Counted from the first letter of the stretch, positions 19,047 through 30,898 are shown. The stretch is DNA of 64,000 bases from Myxococcales bacterium (GCA_013360285.1 JABWCM010000001.1:11328-75327); one strand, 5' to 3'. Translations and numbers: made by a program. Notes: generated by a model from the sequence alone, not told the origin.

Positions 19047-22000
19047 TGGCCAACGTTCATAAGCGATTCGCGGCCTTTGTTTCACTCTGGGTCGGTGTTT
19101 TTGTCTTTGGGGTGTCGTCTCTGGCTTACGCCGTATGTTTGACACCTCCGGGCAATATTGGAGGTGAGCCGGTCACCAACATTGTCGACGTTCAATGTTC
19201 GATCTTGATGAATCTGTGGTCGTTGGGTGGCCAGGTATCGCCGGTACCGACCTGTATTACGACCCCGGGATCGCCGTCGATTATTGCCGATCACAATTGC
19301 GACGGCGTGATCAACGTCGGCGATACGCTGTTGGCGATTAATTTTGCGTTAAGCATTATTTTGGAACCGATTATCGACGCCAACGGCAATCAATGTGTCG
19401 ATGCGTGCGAAGCCGATTCCGATGGCGACGGAACGACCGATTTATTGGATTGTGCGCCCAATAATCCCGACATTTCGGCGGCAAGTGAAGAGTTGTGTAA
19501 CGGTTGGGACGACAACTGTAATGGAATCGTCGACGATGCCGTTTTGCCTTCTGTTGCGGCGTCCTGCAGTGACAACACGGTCTGTACCGGCATCGAGACC
19601 TGCGGGGCACTTTTGCCGAATCTCGGTATCGTGATTACCGAAATCATGGTTCAACCGACAAAGGTGCCCGAAGCGGTCGGTGAATGGTTTGAGATCTACA
19701 ATGGCGGCACGACGGCGATCAACATTACCGGATGGACTATTTCCAATGCGTTGGGACAAACCCACACGATTGTTCCCGGTGGATCGTTGTTTGTACCGCC
19801 GGCGGGTTATTTGGTTTTAGGCGCCAACGCCAACTTCGCTCAAAACGGCGGCGCGCGGGTTGCTTATGCATATTTGGGGTTGACCCTAGATAATGGTGGC
19901 GGCTCGTTGGTGCTCAAAAACAAAGATGGTGTGGAAATGGATCGGGTGGATTACGGAGCCGCCAAAGGAATCGGTGTGGTTCCGGGAGCGTCGTTGTCGT
20001 TACTCCGCCCGGATTTGAACAATAATGTAGCTTCGTCCTGGACGAAATCGACTTTGCCGTTTGGTGCCGGGGACTTGGGAACACCGTGGTCACCCAATAT
20101 AGATGTCATGCCGTCGTTTTGCCAAGCGGGTAGTCCATTGAATTGTGTCGATGGCAACGGCTGTACCGACGATAGCTGTGATCCCGTGGGTGGTTGTGTT
20201 TATGTGGCCAATACCGCGGTGTGCGACGATGGCAATGCCTGCACAACTACGGATGGGTGTATCAATGGTGTTTGTGTGGGTGGCCCGGCACTTAATTGTG
20301 ATGATGCCAACGGTTGTACCGATGACTCCTGTGATTCGGCAACCGGTTGCGTAAACGTCGACAACACTGCGGCATGCGACGACGGCACGGCATGTACCGA
20401 CGGCGATGTGTGTCAAGACGGCGCTTGTGTATCCGGGCCGTTGCTCGACTGCGATGACGCCAATCCGTGTACTGACGATAGCTGTGATGCCGCCCAGGGA
20501 TGTGTGAACGCACCCAATACGGTTATTTGCGATGACGGCAATGCCTGTACAACTGCGGATGGGTGTATCAATGGTGTTTGTGTGGGTGGCCCGGCACTGG
20601 ATTGTGATGACGCCAACGGTTGTACCGATGATTCCTGTGATTTGGCAACAGGATGTGTAAACGTCAACAACACGGCTGTATGTGACGATGGCACAGGATG
20701 TACTGCCGGCGATGTATGCCAGGATGGTGACTGTGTTTCCGGACCGTTGCTCGATTGCGATGACGCCAACCCGTGCACCAACGATGGCTGCGATGCCGCC
20801 TTGGGATGTGTTCATACGCCCAACACGAATGCCTGCGACGACGGCAACACCTGCACAACCACCGATGGTTGTAGCAACAACGTTTGTGTGGGGGGGCCTC
20901 CACTCGATTGTGATGACGCCAACAGTTGTACCGATGATTCCTGTGATTCGACAACTGGATGTATCCAAACACCCAACCTTGCCGCCTGCGATGACGGGAA
21001 TCAGTGTACCGTGGGAGATGTCTGTGGAGGCGGTATCTGTCATTCGGGCTCCCCCCTCAATTGTAATGACGGCGATGAATGTACTGTCGACAGTTGTTTG
21101 CCCGAGTCCGGGTGTTTGTTTGTTCCGGCGCCCGGTTGTGAACTGGAGGGCAACGCCATTTGTTTGATTTCCGGACCTGCGGGAACCAAAGTGCTTTGTC
21201 CACTGAAGTTATCGCGAGCGACGATGGCCATGCCGCCGGCCACCAGTGTTCAGTTTCGGCTTGTATGGGATACAACGGCGGTCAATCCGCTTGGATTAAC
21301 CGACACGATCTGCACCGGTCCTGGGGGCACACCGCCCTGTTCGTCGGTGGGTATCCCCCCGGCTACTTTGGATCCAACCGGGCATTCGGTATTTCCCATT
21401 CCTGAAGATTTTGCCGCAGCCAATGGTGGATCGATCGTGTTTGTATTGCCGTTAAGTGAACCGACCACGCCTATCACCACGGCATATCAGTTTGTTGGGT
21501 CACCGGTGGGTAATCCGGAATTTCTGACTTTTGAAATCGAAAGCCTGGTCGATATTCCCGCATCGGCGCCCCTTGCAGTCGAAGTGTTTGATATTATAGG
21601 GGCGACCGCCACCGTAGCCCCGATGGTCGGCGGAATGCAAAACGGTGTCATGGTGATGGAACTGGTCAATTGTTCGCTGGATCCGTCTGTGTGTACCGAT
21701 GGCAGTATTTGTACTACCGACGGCTGTGATCCGGCGACGCACCAGTGTGTGTGGGTAGATGCTTTGGCCTGTAACGACGGGGATATGTGTAACGGCATCG
21801 AAAGTTGTGATCCAACCAATGGTTGCGAGCCCGGGAACACCCCCGATTGTGATGATGGGGTCGAATGCACTCAGGACACGTGTGATCCGGCTGTTGGATG
21901 CAAAAACGTAAACAACGACGCCGGTTGCGACGACGGCAAAAACTGCACCTTGGATGTATGTGACCCGGTTGAGGGATGTCAAAACCCCGTTGACGTGTCG

Positions 22001-25000
22001 TTATGTAATGACAACATCCCGTGTACCGAAGAAAGTTGTGATGCCGGTGGTCATTGTGTCCACACACCGATAGACGGCAATTGTGACGACGGCGCAGCAT
22101 GTACGACAGATGTTTGTGATCCCCAACTGGGTTGTCAATATACTTCCGACGTGTCTATTTGTACGGCCGACGACAATGCATGTACGGAAACCGTTTGTGT
22201 GCCGGTTCTGGGGTGCACAAACACACCTTCTCCCGGATGTCTGCCGGATGGTGCGGTATGTGCACTGAGTGGCACGGCAGGTCAAGAAGTGTCGTGTGTT
22301 ATTCGAGTAGCTCGTGCGACAATCGGCACACCGCTGCCGGCGGCGTTGCAGTGGGTTCTCACCTACGATGTGTCGTTGTTTTCACCTACCGCGTTTGAAG
22401 ACACCGTTTGTACAGGTCCAGGGGGAAGTGCACCTTGTGCGCCGGCGTTTGTGCCGCCTGCCGCGTTGTTTCCGTCCGGCCATACACTGGCGACGTTGCC
22501 GTCGGTGTCCCAATGGAACGGTTCGGGTCATGTTGTTGCCTATCATCCGACGGAGCCCACCTCGGTGCTGACGGAAGCAGTTCTGCAAGCGTCATCCATC
22601 GTGGGTGATCCGGCGATCGTGGTGCTCAAAGGTGTCCTGACGGTAGATATACCCGCCGAAACACCGATGTGGATCAACGCCGTCAATATTATCGGCGCAA
22701 GCGTCCAGGTCACTCCATTGTATGGGCAGGTCCAGGATGGGTTGATCGTATTGTCGGTTCCGGATTGCACGTCCTCGCCCGCGGTTTGTGAAGACGGCGA
22801 CCCCTGCACCGTGGACACCTGTTTTGAAGGAACTTGCACATATCAACCACAGCCGTGCAGTGACTCCGACGCATGTAACGGCACCGAAACTTGTTTGCCG
22901 TTGGTCGGTTGTCAGCTCGCCACCCCTCCTCAATGTGACGACGGTCAGAATTGTACTACCGATGGGTGCGATCCTGCCTTGGGGTGTGTTTATGCAGCCG
23001 ACGTGACCCAATGCGACGACTCCATTGCCTGCACAACAGATCAATGTCTACCGGTTTCCGGGTGTGTTCATATACCCGACGCCGGCGGTTGTAACGACGG
23101 GAACTTCTGCACTCTGGATCAATGTGATCCCGGTTTGGGTTGTACTCACACACCCGATGACAACGCCTGTGACGACGGGCAACTTTGTTCCACCGCGGTG
23201 TGCGATGTGCAGGCGGGGTGTGTTTTTGACACCGACGATGCAGCGTGTACGGATGACGGCGACCCTTGTACGACGTCCATGTGTGTTATCGGGGCTGGAT
23301 GCACCCATGTGCCGACCGAGACGTGTCCCACGTTGACATCATTATGCCTTTTGAGTGGAAACAGCGGCGATACAGTGGTCTGTACGTTACGACTTGCGAA
23401 AGGGACCGAGTTGACACCCAATCCGGCTTCGTTACAAGTTACGCTCACTTATGATGAGACCAAAGCCCAACCGACCGGCGTTTCGGACCAGGTATGTCCA
23501 GACCCGATGGGCCCATGTATGAGCCAATCGATCCCTCCCGGAGCGTTGTGGCCATCCGGACACACCGTTACACCCGCCCCGTTTCTATTTTCCAATTGGG
23601 GCGGGCAAGGGTCGTTGTTTTTCTATCATGCCGGGGATCCAGCCGCTCACTTAACGAGTGCATGGGAAAACGGTGACGGATTTGTAGGGGACACCCAACT
23701 TGTTGAACTGTCCTTTTTGCTGCTCGACGACGTAGCGCCGGAGTCGCCGATTGTTGTCGATGCGGGATCGATTATCGGCAGTACGGCGACCGTGGAAACG
23801 ATGATCGGCGCGGTGAAATCGGGTGTCATGGTGGTGTCGCTGGTGGATTGTACCACCGCACCAGGCGTTTGCGACGATGGGGATGCCTGTACGGTGGATT
23901 CATGTGATCCCGTCAGCAAGTCATGTGTGTATTCGACGCTCAATTGCAGCGATGGAGACGCCTGTAACGGCACGGAATCGTGTGTTTTCTGGAAAGGTTG
24001 TGTCCAAACACCGCCGCTCCAATGCGATGACGGCGTTGGCTGTACCCTGGATGTTTGTGACCCGGCAATCGGATGTTTGTTTACCCCCGTTGATGTCGAT
24101 TGCGATGATTCGATTGCCTGTACAAACGATGTCTGTGATCCCACCGTGGGGTGTATTTATACCGCCATGTCGGCGGATTGCGACGACAACGTGTCGTGTA
24201 CCATCGACACGTGTGTATTGGGTCTGGGTTGTCAATCTTTACCCGATGATTCATTTTGCGAAGATGGTGCGTCCTGTACGGCAGACACCTGTCATACCGT
24301 GTTGGGGTGTCAAACGAGTATCGATGACCTAGGTTGTGACGACTTCAACCCGTGCACGATCGACGCCTGTGTCCCAACACTCGGTTGTACCCATACTTTG
24401 ATTCAATCCATGGAATGTTTGCCGCCGGGCGCGTTGTGTGCGTTAAGCGGCGGCGCCGGGCAGGTCGTGACCTGTCCATTGCGGTTGGCGCGGGCCAATC
24501 CGGTCGCTCCGGGGGCGGCCGCGTTGCAGTTGAAGATCAGTTATGACCCTGTTGCATTGTCAATAGACGGTCTGGTTGATTCCCAATGTTTTGGACCGGG
24601 TGGGCCGTGTATGGATGTGGCTGTTCCGCCGGCGATGTTGTCTCCAACGGGGCATCAGGTAGCTCTGGCACCGAACACACCCGCGGCGTGGAACGGGTTG
24701 GGGACTGTATTTGTGTTCAACCCGGCCGATCCGACCGTTACGATTACCGAAGCGGCGGTAGACGCGGGAGCCGTGGCAGGCGATGCGTTGTTCGCCGAAT
24801 TGGTGTTCACGTTGCAGCAAACCATTGGTGCGGATAATCCGGCGATTGTCTGGCCGGAACAAATTCTTGGCAGCACGGCAATGGTGTCGCCGCTTGGTGG
24901 CAGCGTTGTTTCCGGTGTGATGATTACAAGTGTGGTGGGATGTCTCGACAACACCGAATGCGATGACGGAAACGCGTGCACGATAGATACTTGTACTACC

Positions 25001-25720
25001 GGAGTCTGTGAGTTTGAGTCTGGACCTGTGTGCAGTGATGGTGACCCTTGTAATGGGACCGAAAGTTGTGATCCGTGGACCGGTGGTTGTGTTTCCGGTG
25101 ACGTACCCGATTGTGACGATACGAACGATTGTACTACCGACGGTTGCGATGCCGGCGGATGTTTCCACGCGCCTCTGCTGACATCAGAATGTTTGCCGGA
25201 CGGGGCGTTGTGTGGCGCAGCCGGCCTTTCTGGTGAAGTGTTCACCTGCGAATTCCATGTGGTACGCGAATCGGCTTTGGTGCCGCCGGCCGCGGCTTTG
25301 GAAAGTACATTCAGCATGGATAACTCGGCTTTCAAGGTCACCAACTTTGTGGACACGGTTTGTTTTGGTGCGGGTGGGCAACCGCCCTGTTCCGACGTCT
25401 CGGTACCGCCCAATCTGTTGTTTCCGACGGGGCATTCGGTTGTTATTGTGCCGGAAAATCTCGCAATGTGGGCCGATGGTGGTTCGATTTTCTTGTTCAA
25501 TCTGAATGATCCAACGGTAGTGCTGACCCAAGCGGAAGCCGCCGCTGGGGCATCCAACGAATCTTTGGTTCTGAAAGTGGAAATAACGTTACAAAAAGAC
25601 ATCAGTGAGACCGAGCCTGCCTATCTGTGGGTAGGAGACATCAGCGGAGCAACGGTCGACGTACAGGAATTGGAAGGCCAATTGTTACAAGGAATTGTGG
25701 TGTTATCCGAAAAACCATAG
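19047..25720 (+). CDS. Giant (2224 aa) secreted multidomain protein: signal peptide, dockerin-like Ca-binding module, lamin-tail domain (LTD), more than 30 Cys-rich CxxDxNxCTxDxC repeats in five blocks, each block followed by a repeated ~250-aa Ig-like module
   Basis: GGAAGGA RBS before ATG 19047 (six-frame ORF starts 18989). Signal peptide MANVHKRFAAFVSLWVGVFVFGVSSLAYA. LTD ITEIMVQP..EWFEIYNGG..ITGWTISN..GGSLFVPPAGYLVLG. Repeats of CDDGNACTTxDGCxNGVCVGGPxLxCDDANxCTDDSCD. Five paralogous modules each start C(A/L)(L/I)SG.xG..V.C.L.(L/V)(A/S)R(A/E). Confidence 0.85.
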
Positions 25721-25727
25721 GAGGTAA

Positions 25728-27188
25728 GTGATGAAGAGAGCGCTTTGGGGTGTATTGTGGGTGCTGTTGTTGCCGGCGTCGGTCGCCTGGGCGGTACCGA
25801 ATGAAATAACCTATTCGGGAAGACTGGAGGCATCCAACGGCTTGCCCTATGATGGGGAAGTCGCGGCGATGGCTCATGTTTACGATACATTGTCCGGCGG
25901 TACGCCGTTGTTTAGCCAAGATATGGGCGACGTGATCGTGGAGTCGGGGTTGTTTCGAATCACGTTGTCGGGGGCGACGCTTCAAAGTGTCATTCAAACC
26001 CACGATAATTTGTGGATCGAGTTTGAATTGGATGGCGAAACGATGGCGCCGCGGCAACGGCTTACCAGCGTTCCGTATGCCTCCATTTCCGGGGACACAA
26101 AACGTGTGGGCGGTGTTTTGGCGGGTGAGTTTGTCAAAAAGAGTGATCCCATTACGGAAACGGCTCTTCCGACCAATTCTTTGGATCGGGTCTCAAACGG
26201 CGCGATGTCGAACGAGTTCAAAAACGTGACCGCGGCGTATGTGGGCACGTTCAAAAACATCATGGATGCTCCGGATCCGGCTGCGACGTTGACGTTTAAC
26301 ACCGCGGAAACCGGCGATAGTTATATTACTTCGTTGACGGTTTACACCCAGTATTCATTGACGTTTGGCAGCTTTATTCAGATGGTGCTGACCCCGCCTG
26401 CTTCGTCGGGATTGGGTGCCATTACTTTGGTCAACGATTCGGCCAAAATCAACCCCGGCAGTTATGCTCAATCGTGGACCCCGGGCAATACGCCGGCATT
26501 GACTGCGCTATTGGGGAAAAAGTTGTCGGGAGTCTGGACGTTGTCGATTATCGATACCACCGATGATGCCGCTCCGGGCACGTCGGTTGGTAAATTAGAG
26601 GGATTTTCGCTTAATTACGACGTGGTCCGCTCCGACCATATCGGTCTTTCCGGCAAACTGGACGTATCCGGTGATCTGACGGTTGGCGGCCACGGAACGT
26701 TTGGCGGCAACCTGGTCGTGGGTGGAAATCTGACAACCATGGGCACTGCCATGGCCAAACCCATCATGTTTGATGGCTGGTGTGTTTCCCATGGCGGCAG
26801 CGACGGTGTTTTGATTCCTTATTGCCTTGATGGAAAAGCGGGGGATCCGCCTGCGGGTTGGTTCAGCGTGGATGCCGCTTTGGGTGAAGTGACGGTATTA
26901 CAAAAGGGGTGGTACACCATTACTTGGTATACCTGGAATCGAAACAATTGTGGAACACGGCATGATGCGTATCTTCAGGTCAACGGAAACACGTTGAGAG
27001 GAAGCGAAACCCGGGTGCCGGCAAACCTGGAAAACATGGCCCGGCTTGAAGGTACATTGTTGCTCAACGCCAACGACAAAGTCCGGGTAATGGCCCGTTC
27101 CAATTGCAGTTCTACGGAGCCCCATCGCAGTTTTTACGCGGGGCCGACCTGGAGCCATTTCAACATCAAACACGCGGGAACCCCATAA
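25728..27188 (+). CDS. Secreted fibrous-protein family member A: signal peptide, conserved ~125-aa N-terminal domain, variable C-terminal region
   Basis: Signal peptide MMKRALWGVLWVLLLPASVAWA. N-domain VPNEITYSGRLEASNGLPYDGEV..PRQRLTSVPYA shared with 27771, 30899(-) and 59502. Begins 8 nt after the giant gene's stop. Confidence 0.8.
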   Translation: MMKRALWGVLWVLLLPASVAWAVPNEITYSGRLEASNGLPYDGEVAAMAHVYDTLSGGTPLFSQDMGDVIVESGLFRITLSGATLQSVIQTHDNLWIEFELDGETMAPRQRLTSVPYASISGDTKRVGGVLAGEFVKKSDPITETALPTNSLDRVSNGAMSNEFKNVTAAYVGTFKNIMDAPDPAATLTFNTAETGDSYITSLTVYTQYSLTFGSFIQMVLTPPASSGLGAITLVNDSAKINPGSYAQSWTPGNTPALTALLGKKLSGVWTLSIIDTTDDAAPGTSVGKLEGFSLNYDVVRSDHIGLSGKLDVSGDLTVGGHGTFGGNLVVGGNLTTMGTAMAKPIMFDGWCVSHGGSDGVLIPYCLDGKAGDPPAGWFSVDAALGEVTVLQKGWYTITWYTWNRNNCGTRHDAYLQVNGNTLRGSETRVPANLENMARLEGTLLLNANDKVRVMARSNCSSTEPHRSFYAGPTWSHFNIKHAGTP

Positions 27189-27204
27189 GCGGAGGAGGAA
27201 TCAT

Positions 27205-27744
27205 ATGAAGATCAGTTCAAAATCGGGGCGCCGTTTTGCTCGATCCCTGCTTTTTTGTTTGTCGGTGGCGTTGCTTACGGCTGCGTCTTCGTCGTCGGTT
27301 TCCGCGCAGTGTTTGACACCACGGGGTGATCTCAACGGTGACGGCACCACCAATGTCGTGGACCTGCAATGCGGGATTTACGCCGTACTGAATGGGCTCA
27401 ACAACATTGTTTCACCGCCCGCGTGTTTGGCGTATCCGCTGGTCGCAGTCGACATCGATTGCAGCAACAACCTGGATGTGTCGGATTTGTTGGTGTTGAT
27501 TTATCACGCCGTACAATTGCCGTTGGACCCGTCGTTGGATGCGGATGGGGATTCGTGTCCGGATGCGTGTGAAATCCCGGATACACTGGATTCGGGTATT
27601 GGTTCTTTTGCGGGGCAATCCCAGAATTCAAAGTTTAAGTTAACAGCAATTGCGTCGGGATCGGAAAGCAGCGGAAGTTCCGCGAATTCCAATTTTACGT
27701 TGCGACCACAGGCGATTGGCATTGAGCCGGCCACAGGCGAATAG
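27205..27744 (+). CDS. Small secreted protein consisting essentially of the dockerin-like CLTPxGDxNGDGxxNVVDxQC module plus a Ser-rich tail
   Basis: GGAGGAGG RBS. Signal peptide. QCLTPRGDLNGDGTTNVVDLQCGIYAVLNGL..CSNNLDVSDLLVLIYHAVQLPLDPSLDADGDSCPDACE parallels the N-terminus of the 19047 giant and the C-terminus of the 32107 giant. Confidence 0.7.
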   Translation: MKISSKSGRRFARSLLFCLSVALLTAASSSSVSAQCLTPRGDLNGDGTTNVVDLQCGIYAVLNGLNNIVSPPACLAYPLVAVDIDCSNNLDVSDLLVLIYHAVQLPLDPSLDADGDSCPDACEIPDTLDSGIGSFAGQSQNSKFKLTAIASGSESSGSSANSNFTLRPQAIGIEPATGE

Positions 27745-27770
27745 CACATGTTGTCCGAGGAGAAACTGCG

Positions 27771-29228
27771 ATGAAACGATTCATGATGATTTGGGCGGCC
27801 ACGACGTGCGGGCTGCTGGCCATTTCTTCCGCTTTTGCGGTACCCATGACGGTAACTTATTCCGGGCGGCTTGAGGCACAAAACGGGATGCCGTATGACG
27901 GCGAAGTGGATGTGATAACAAGTTTATGGAACGCGGCTACGGGTGGAACGAATCTGCTGGAACAGGATTTTGGGACCATTGTAGTGGAAAGTGGTTTGCT
28001 GCGGATTGCACTCAATGATGCCGCTTTGTCCAACGTGATCAAAACGAATGATGACGTGTGGATTCAGTTTACGTTGGACGGAGAACCGATGATGCCGCGG
28101 CAGATGTTGACTTCGGTACCGTATGCCATCAAAGCCGATGACGCATTGTCTTTAGGTGGCGTGTTGGCGGGTAATTTTGTAAAAAAGACCGACAAAGTTG
28201 CCAACGCGGCGTTACCGACCAACGGTTTGGCCTGGGTTTCCAACGGCGGTATGTCGAACGAGTTTGCCGATGTGAAATCGAGCTGGACTGGGCCGGTACA
28301 AAACGTCACGGATTATCCTGGGTTGGGCGCGCAGGCGACGGTGACGGCTGCTGAAGGGTCCAACAGTTATATGACGGATCTCACGATTTACACCCAATTT
28401 ACGTTGACGTTGAACAGTTTTGTCGAAGTGATTTTGGTGCCGCCGGCGGGGACCGGTGTGGGTGCAATTACGGTATATAACAACGCAAGTGGTAAGTTAA
28501 ATGCGGGCATTTATGCCGACACCTGGACCCCGGGGAACCTCCCGGCGTTGGGCGCGTTGCTCACCAAAAACGTTGCCGGTACGTGGACGTTAACCATTAC
28601 CGATACCACCCAAGATGCGGCTCCCGGCACGGTGGTTGGAGTCTTGCAGAAATTTGACGTCGAATACGACGCGGTTCGGTCCAACCATATCAAGATCAAC
28701 GGTAAATTGGACGTGGCCGGAGATATTCAGGCGACCGGCATGGTCAAAGCGACTGGATTTCAGGGCGATGGTTCGTTGCTCAAAGGGATTACCCCGATTA
28801 TCGGGGTCACGGTATTTGAATCGGCGACTCGAAAGTCGCTTGGCGGTGCGGCGAGCATCGTCATGGAATCATTTACCGTCAACAAAAAATCTCCAACCAG
28901 CATTTTGTTGATCGAAGGCTCTATTTCCGGTCATACCAATGCCAGCGGATCGATGCAGCAAGGATGGAAATTGGGTTCCGGGACCGAAGTATTGGGTCAA
29001 GGACTCCAGTATACGGCGGACCCACATGCGAAAACCTTTCCCACGAGAGCGGTGATCACGGGTCATACCACCACCGGACCCCAAACGATGGTATTCCGAT
29101 ACTTCTGCCCCAACAACGATACCGGAAACCGCCCGTTTGCGATCTACAATCCGAACAGTTCCGACGATGGTCGTTTGGGCCAAACCCGGTCGATTTATAC
29201 CGTGTGGGAAATCGAACCCAATTTCTAA
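27771..29228 (+). CDS. Secreted fibrous-protein family member B (close paralogue of A over the full length)
   Basis: GAGGAG RBS. Signal peptide MKRFMMIWAATTCGLLAISSAFA. N-domain VPMTVTYSGRLEAQNGMPYDGEV..PRQMLTSVPYA. Confidence 0.8.
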   Translation: MKRFMMIWAATTCGLLAISSAFAVPMTVTYSGRLEAQNGMPYDGEVDVITSLWNAATGGTNLLEQDFGTIVVESGLLRIALNDAALSNVIKTNDDVWIQFTLDGEPMMPRQMLTSVPYAIKADDALSLGGVLAGNFVKKTDKVANAALPTNGLAWVSNGGMSNEFADVKSSWTGPVQNVTDYPGLGAQATVTAAEGSNSYMTDLTIYTQFTLTLNSFVEVILVPPAGTGVGAITVYNNASGKLNAGIYADTWTPGNLPALGALLTKNVAGTWTLTITDTTQDAAPGTVVGVLQKFDVEYDAVRSNHIKINGKLDVAGDIQATGMVKATGFQGDGSLLKGITPIIGVTVFESATRKSLGGAASIVMESFTVNKKSPTSILLIEGSISGHTNASGSMQQGWKLGSGTEVLGQGLQYTADPHAKTFPTRAVITGHTTTGPQTMVFRYFCPNNDTGNRPFAIYNPNSSDDGRLGQTRSIYTVWEIEPNF

Positions 29229-29530
29229 ATCGATTTTAGTTCGTAAAACACCGCTGTTTGCCCGACCCACTTTTTTTGACTCCTATATCCTCCAACGAAT
29301 ATCTATTCCACGTCTGTGATCTCCCATCCCCCGAATAGGATCACACTGTGATCACATGGTTTGATTCCGGTGATCACTCCGTCAAGTTTCCTGCGGTCGT
29401 CCCCTATCATCAATAGAACCACAACCATTTCCCCCGTTGTGGTCAAAACAAATTCCATCCGCTTGCCGAAAAAACTTGGCACTCACTTTGCTTTGTACCT
29501 TCTCGCGGCAACGTTGTGGAGGTCCCGGGT

Positions 29531-30058
29531 ATGTTGGCAGAACCCATTCATTACGATTTGCGCCCCGTCGAACCCGGGGACGACTTGTTTTTATTTACGT
29601 TATTCGCGTTAACTTATCAGCCGAATTACAAACTCCAATTGTGGAACATCGATGCACAACGGGCGTTTCTCTATCAACAATTTCTTGACCAAGAAGCCTC
29701 GTTTCGGGCGACTTATCCAACCGCCGTTGAGTATGTGATCGAACATAAGCGGAAGTGGGTGGGGCGATTGATCATTCGGCGCACTGACTTTGAAATACGG
29801 GTAGTGGATCTTGTTTTGTTACCCGAATTTCAACATACCGACCTTCGAGAAACCGTGCTCCAAGACATTTTACACAACAGTGAACGGATGCGTTTGCCGG
29901 TACGGCTCCATGCCGAAGCCGACAACCCCCTGAAACAGCTTGCCGACCATCTCGGATTTACGGAACTGGAAAAACATGGTCCGTATTGGTTTATGGAATG
30001 GCGTTTCCCCCAAAACAAGGGTTCAGAATATGCAACGACTTCCGTATCTGGCGTTTGA
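29531..30058 (+). CDS. Hypothetical protein, weak GNAT-acetyltransferase-like features
   Basis: GGAGG RBS 8 nt before ATG 29531 (six-frame ORF from GTG 29516). Beta/alpha composition; ..VDLVLLPEFQHTDL.. loosely resembles a GNAT motif A. Weak call. Confidence 0.35.
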   Translation: MLAEPIHYDLRPVEPGDDLFLFTLFALTYQPNYKLQLWNIDAQRAFLYQQFLDQEASFRATYPTAVEYVIEHKRKWVGRLIIRRTDFEIRVVDLVLLPEFQHTDLRETVLQDILHNSERMRLPVRLHAEADNPLKQLADHLGFTELEKHGPYWFMEWRFPQNKGSEYATTSVSGV

Positions 30059-30349
30059 GACTCAGACGGGCACTGTATTTGCGGGTCGAACGGTCAACGA
30101 CACCCAGATTTCACTCCGCCTTGTTCGAACCCACGACTTGGGGTGTCGCCCGTCGTTAAATGGCAACATACCCTGTTATTGGCTGTTATTTGAATCGGAA
30201 GACCACACCGACCATCGTGCTGGCCCCCATGTCTTACGGCACCACGCCTTGGGGGAACTGCTGCTCGAACTTGTTCCGGTCGGGCATTCCAGTGGGCGAA
30301 TGCTGTTGCAGGCGTTGTTTGACTGAATGTGGTCGTACCGCTCGACAAC

Positions 30350-30877
30350 TCATTTGGGTATGAATACGACCCGCCGAAATATGGCGATGATGGCTCCGCA
30401 TAAACCCAACACCGCCAACGCGGAGCCGGGTAGGGCAATCCATGCCAACGAATCTTTTGCCAAGTCGGTACTCCCCAGCCCCGGTGCCCGAAACGCTGCC
30501 GCCAGCCAAAATACGGAATACAGCAACGCGCCGGCGCCGAACGCGGTAGCCGACCACCGTTCCAGGCGCCGTGGCGTTCCCAACAAAAACAACACCACCG
30601 TCGTTGCCAATGCCGAAGTCCCAATTGCACCGGCGTGTAAGTGAGCACGTTTGACATAACTCCACGATTTGCCCACAACGCCCTCCATTTTTGCGACATC
30701 TCCTTGATACACGGTGTCCAATACTGCTTTTCCGGAGTCGGTGAGTGCTGCTTTCATGGAATCTTCGGCCGCACCAAAAACGACTCCGATTCCAAACCCA
30801 AACAAAATGGTAAACAACGCGAGCAAAATGCCGGGAGCAAAGGGTTTTAATGCCGTACCATTGGGGTTTATCATCAT
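30350..30877 (-). CDS. Hypothetical integral membrane protein (about 4 TM helices, Gly/Ala-rich)
   Basis: Hydrophobic segments ILLALFTILFGFGIGVVFGAA, IGTSALATTVVLFLLG, LLYSVFWLAAAF, LAVLGLCGAIIAIF. Sits downstream, same strand, of family member C. Overlapping six-frame ORFs (30234..30941, 30094..30699) have junk composition. Confidence 0.5.
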   Translation of the reverse strand: MMINPNGTALKPFAPGILLALFTILFGFGIGVVFGAAEDSMKAALTDSGKAVLDTVYQGDVAKMEGVVGKSWSYVKRAHLHAGAIGTSALATTVVLFLLGTPRRLERWSATAFGAGALLYSVFWLAAAFRAPGLGSTDLAKDSLAWIALPGSALAVLGLCGAIIAIFRRVVFIPK

Positions 30878-30898
30878 CCGGTTCCTTCTTTTGGTAAG

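Noticed and set aside
20090-25602. Long antisense ORFs inside the 19047..25720 giant gene (for example 20090..21043 317 aa, 24655..25602 315 aa, 24560..25168 202 aa)
   Set aside because: They are mirror-frame artefacts of a high-GC repetitive coding region. Their T/G/I/V-rich, Cys-poor composition mirrors the sense Cys/Asp-rich repeats.
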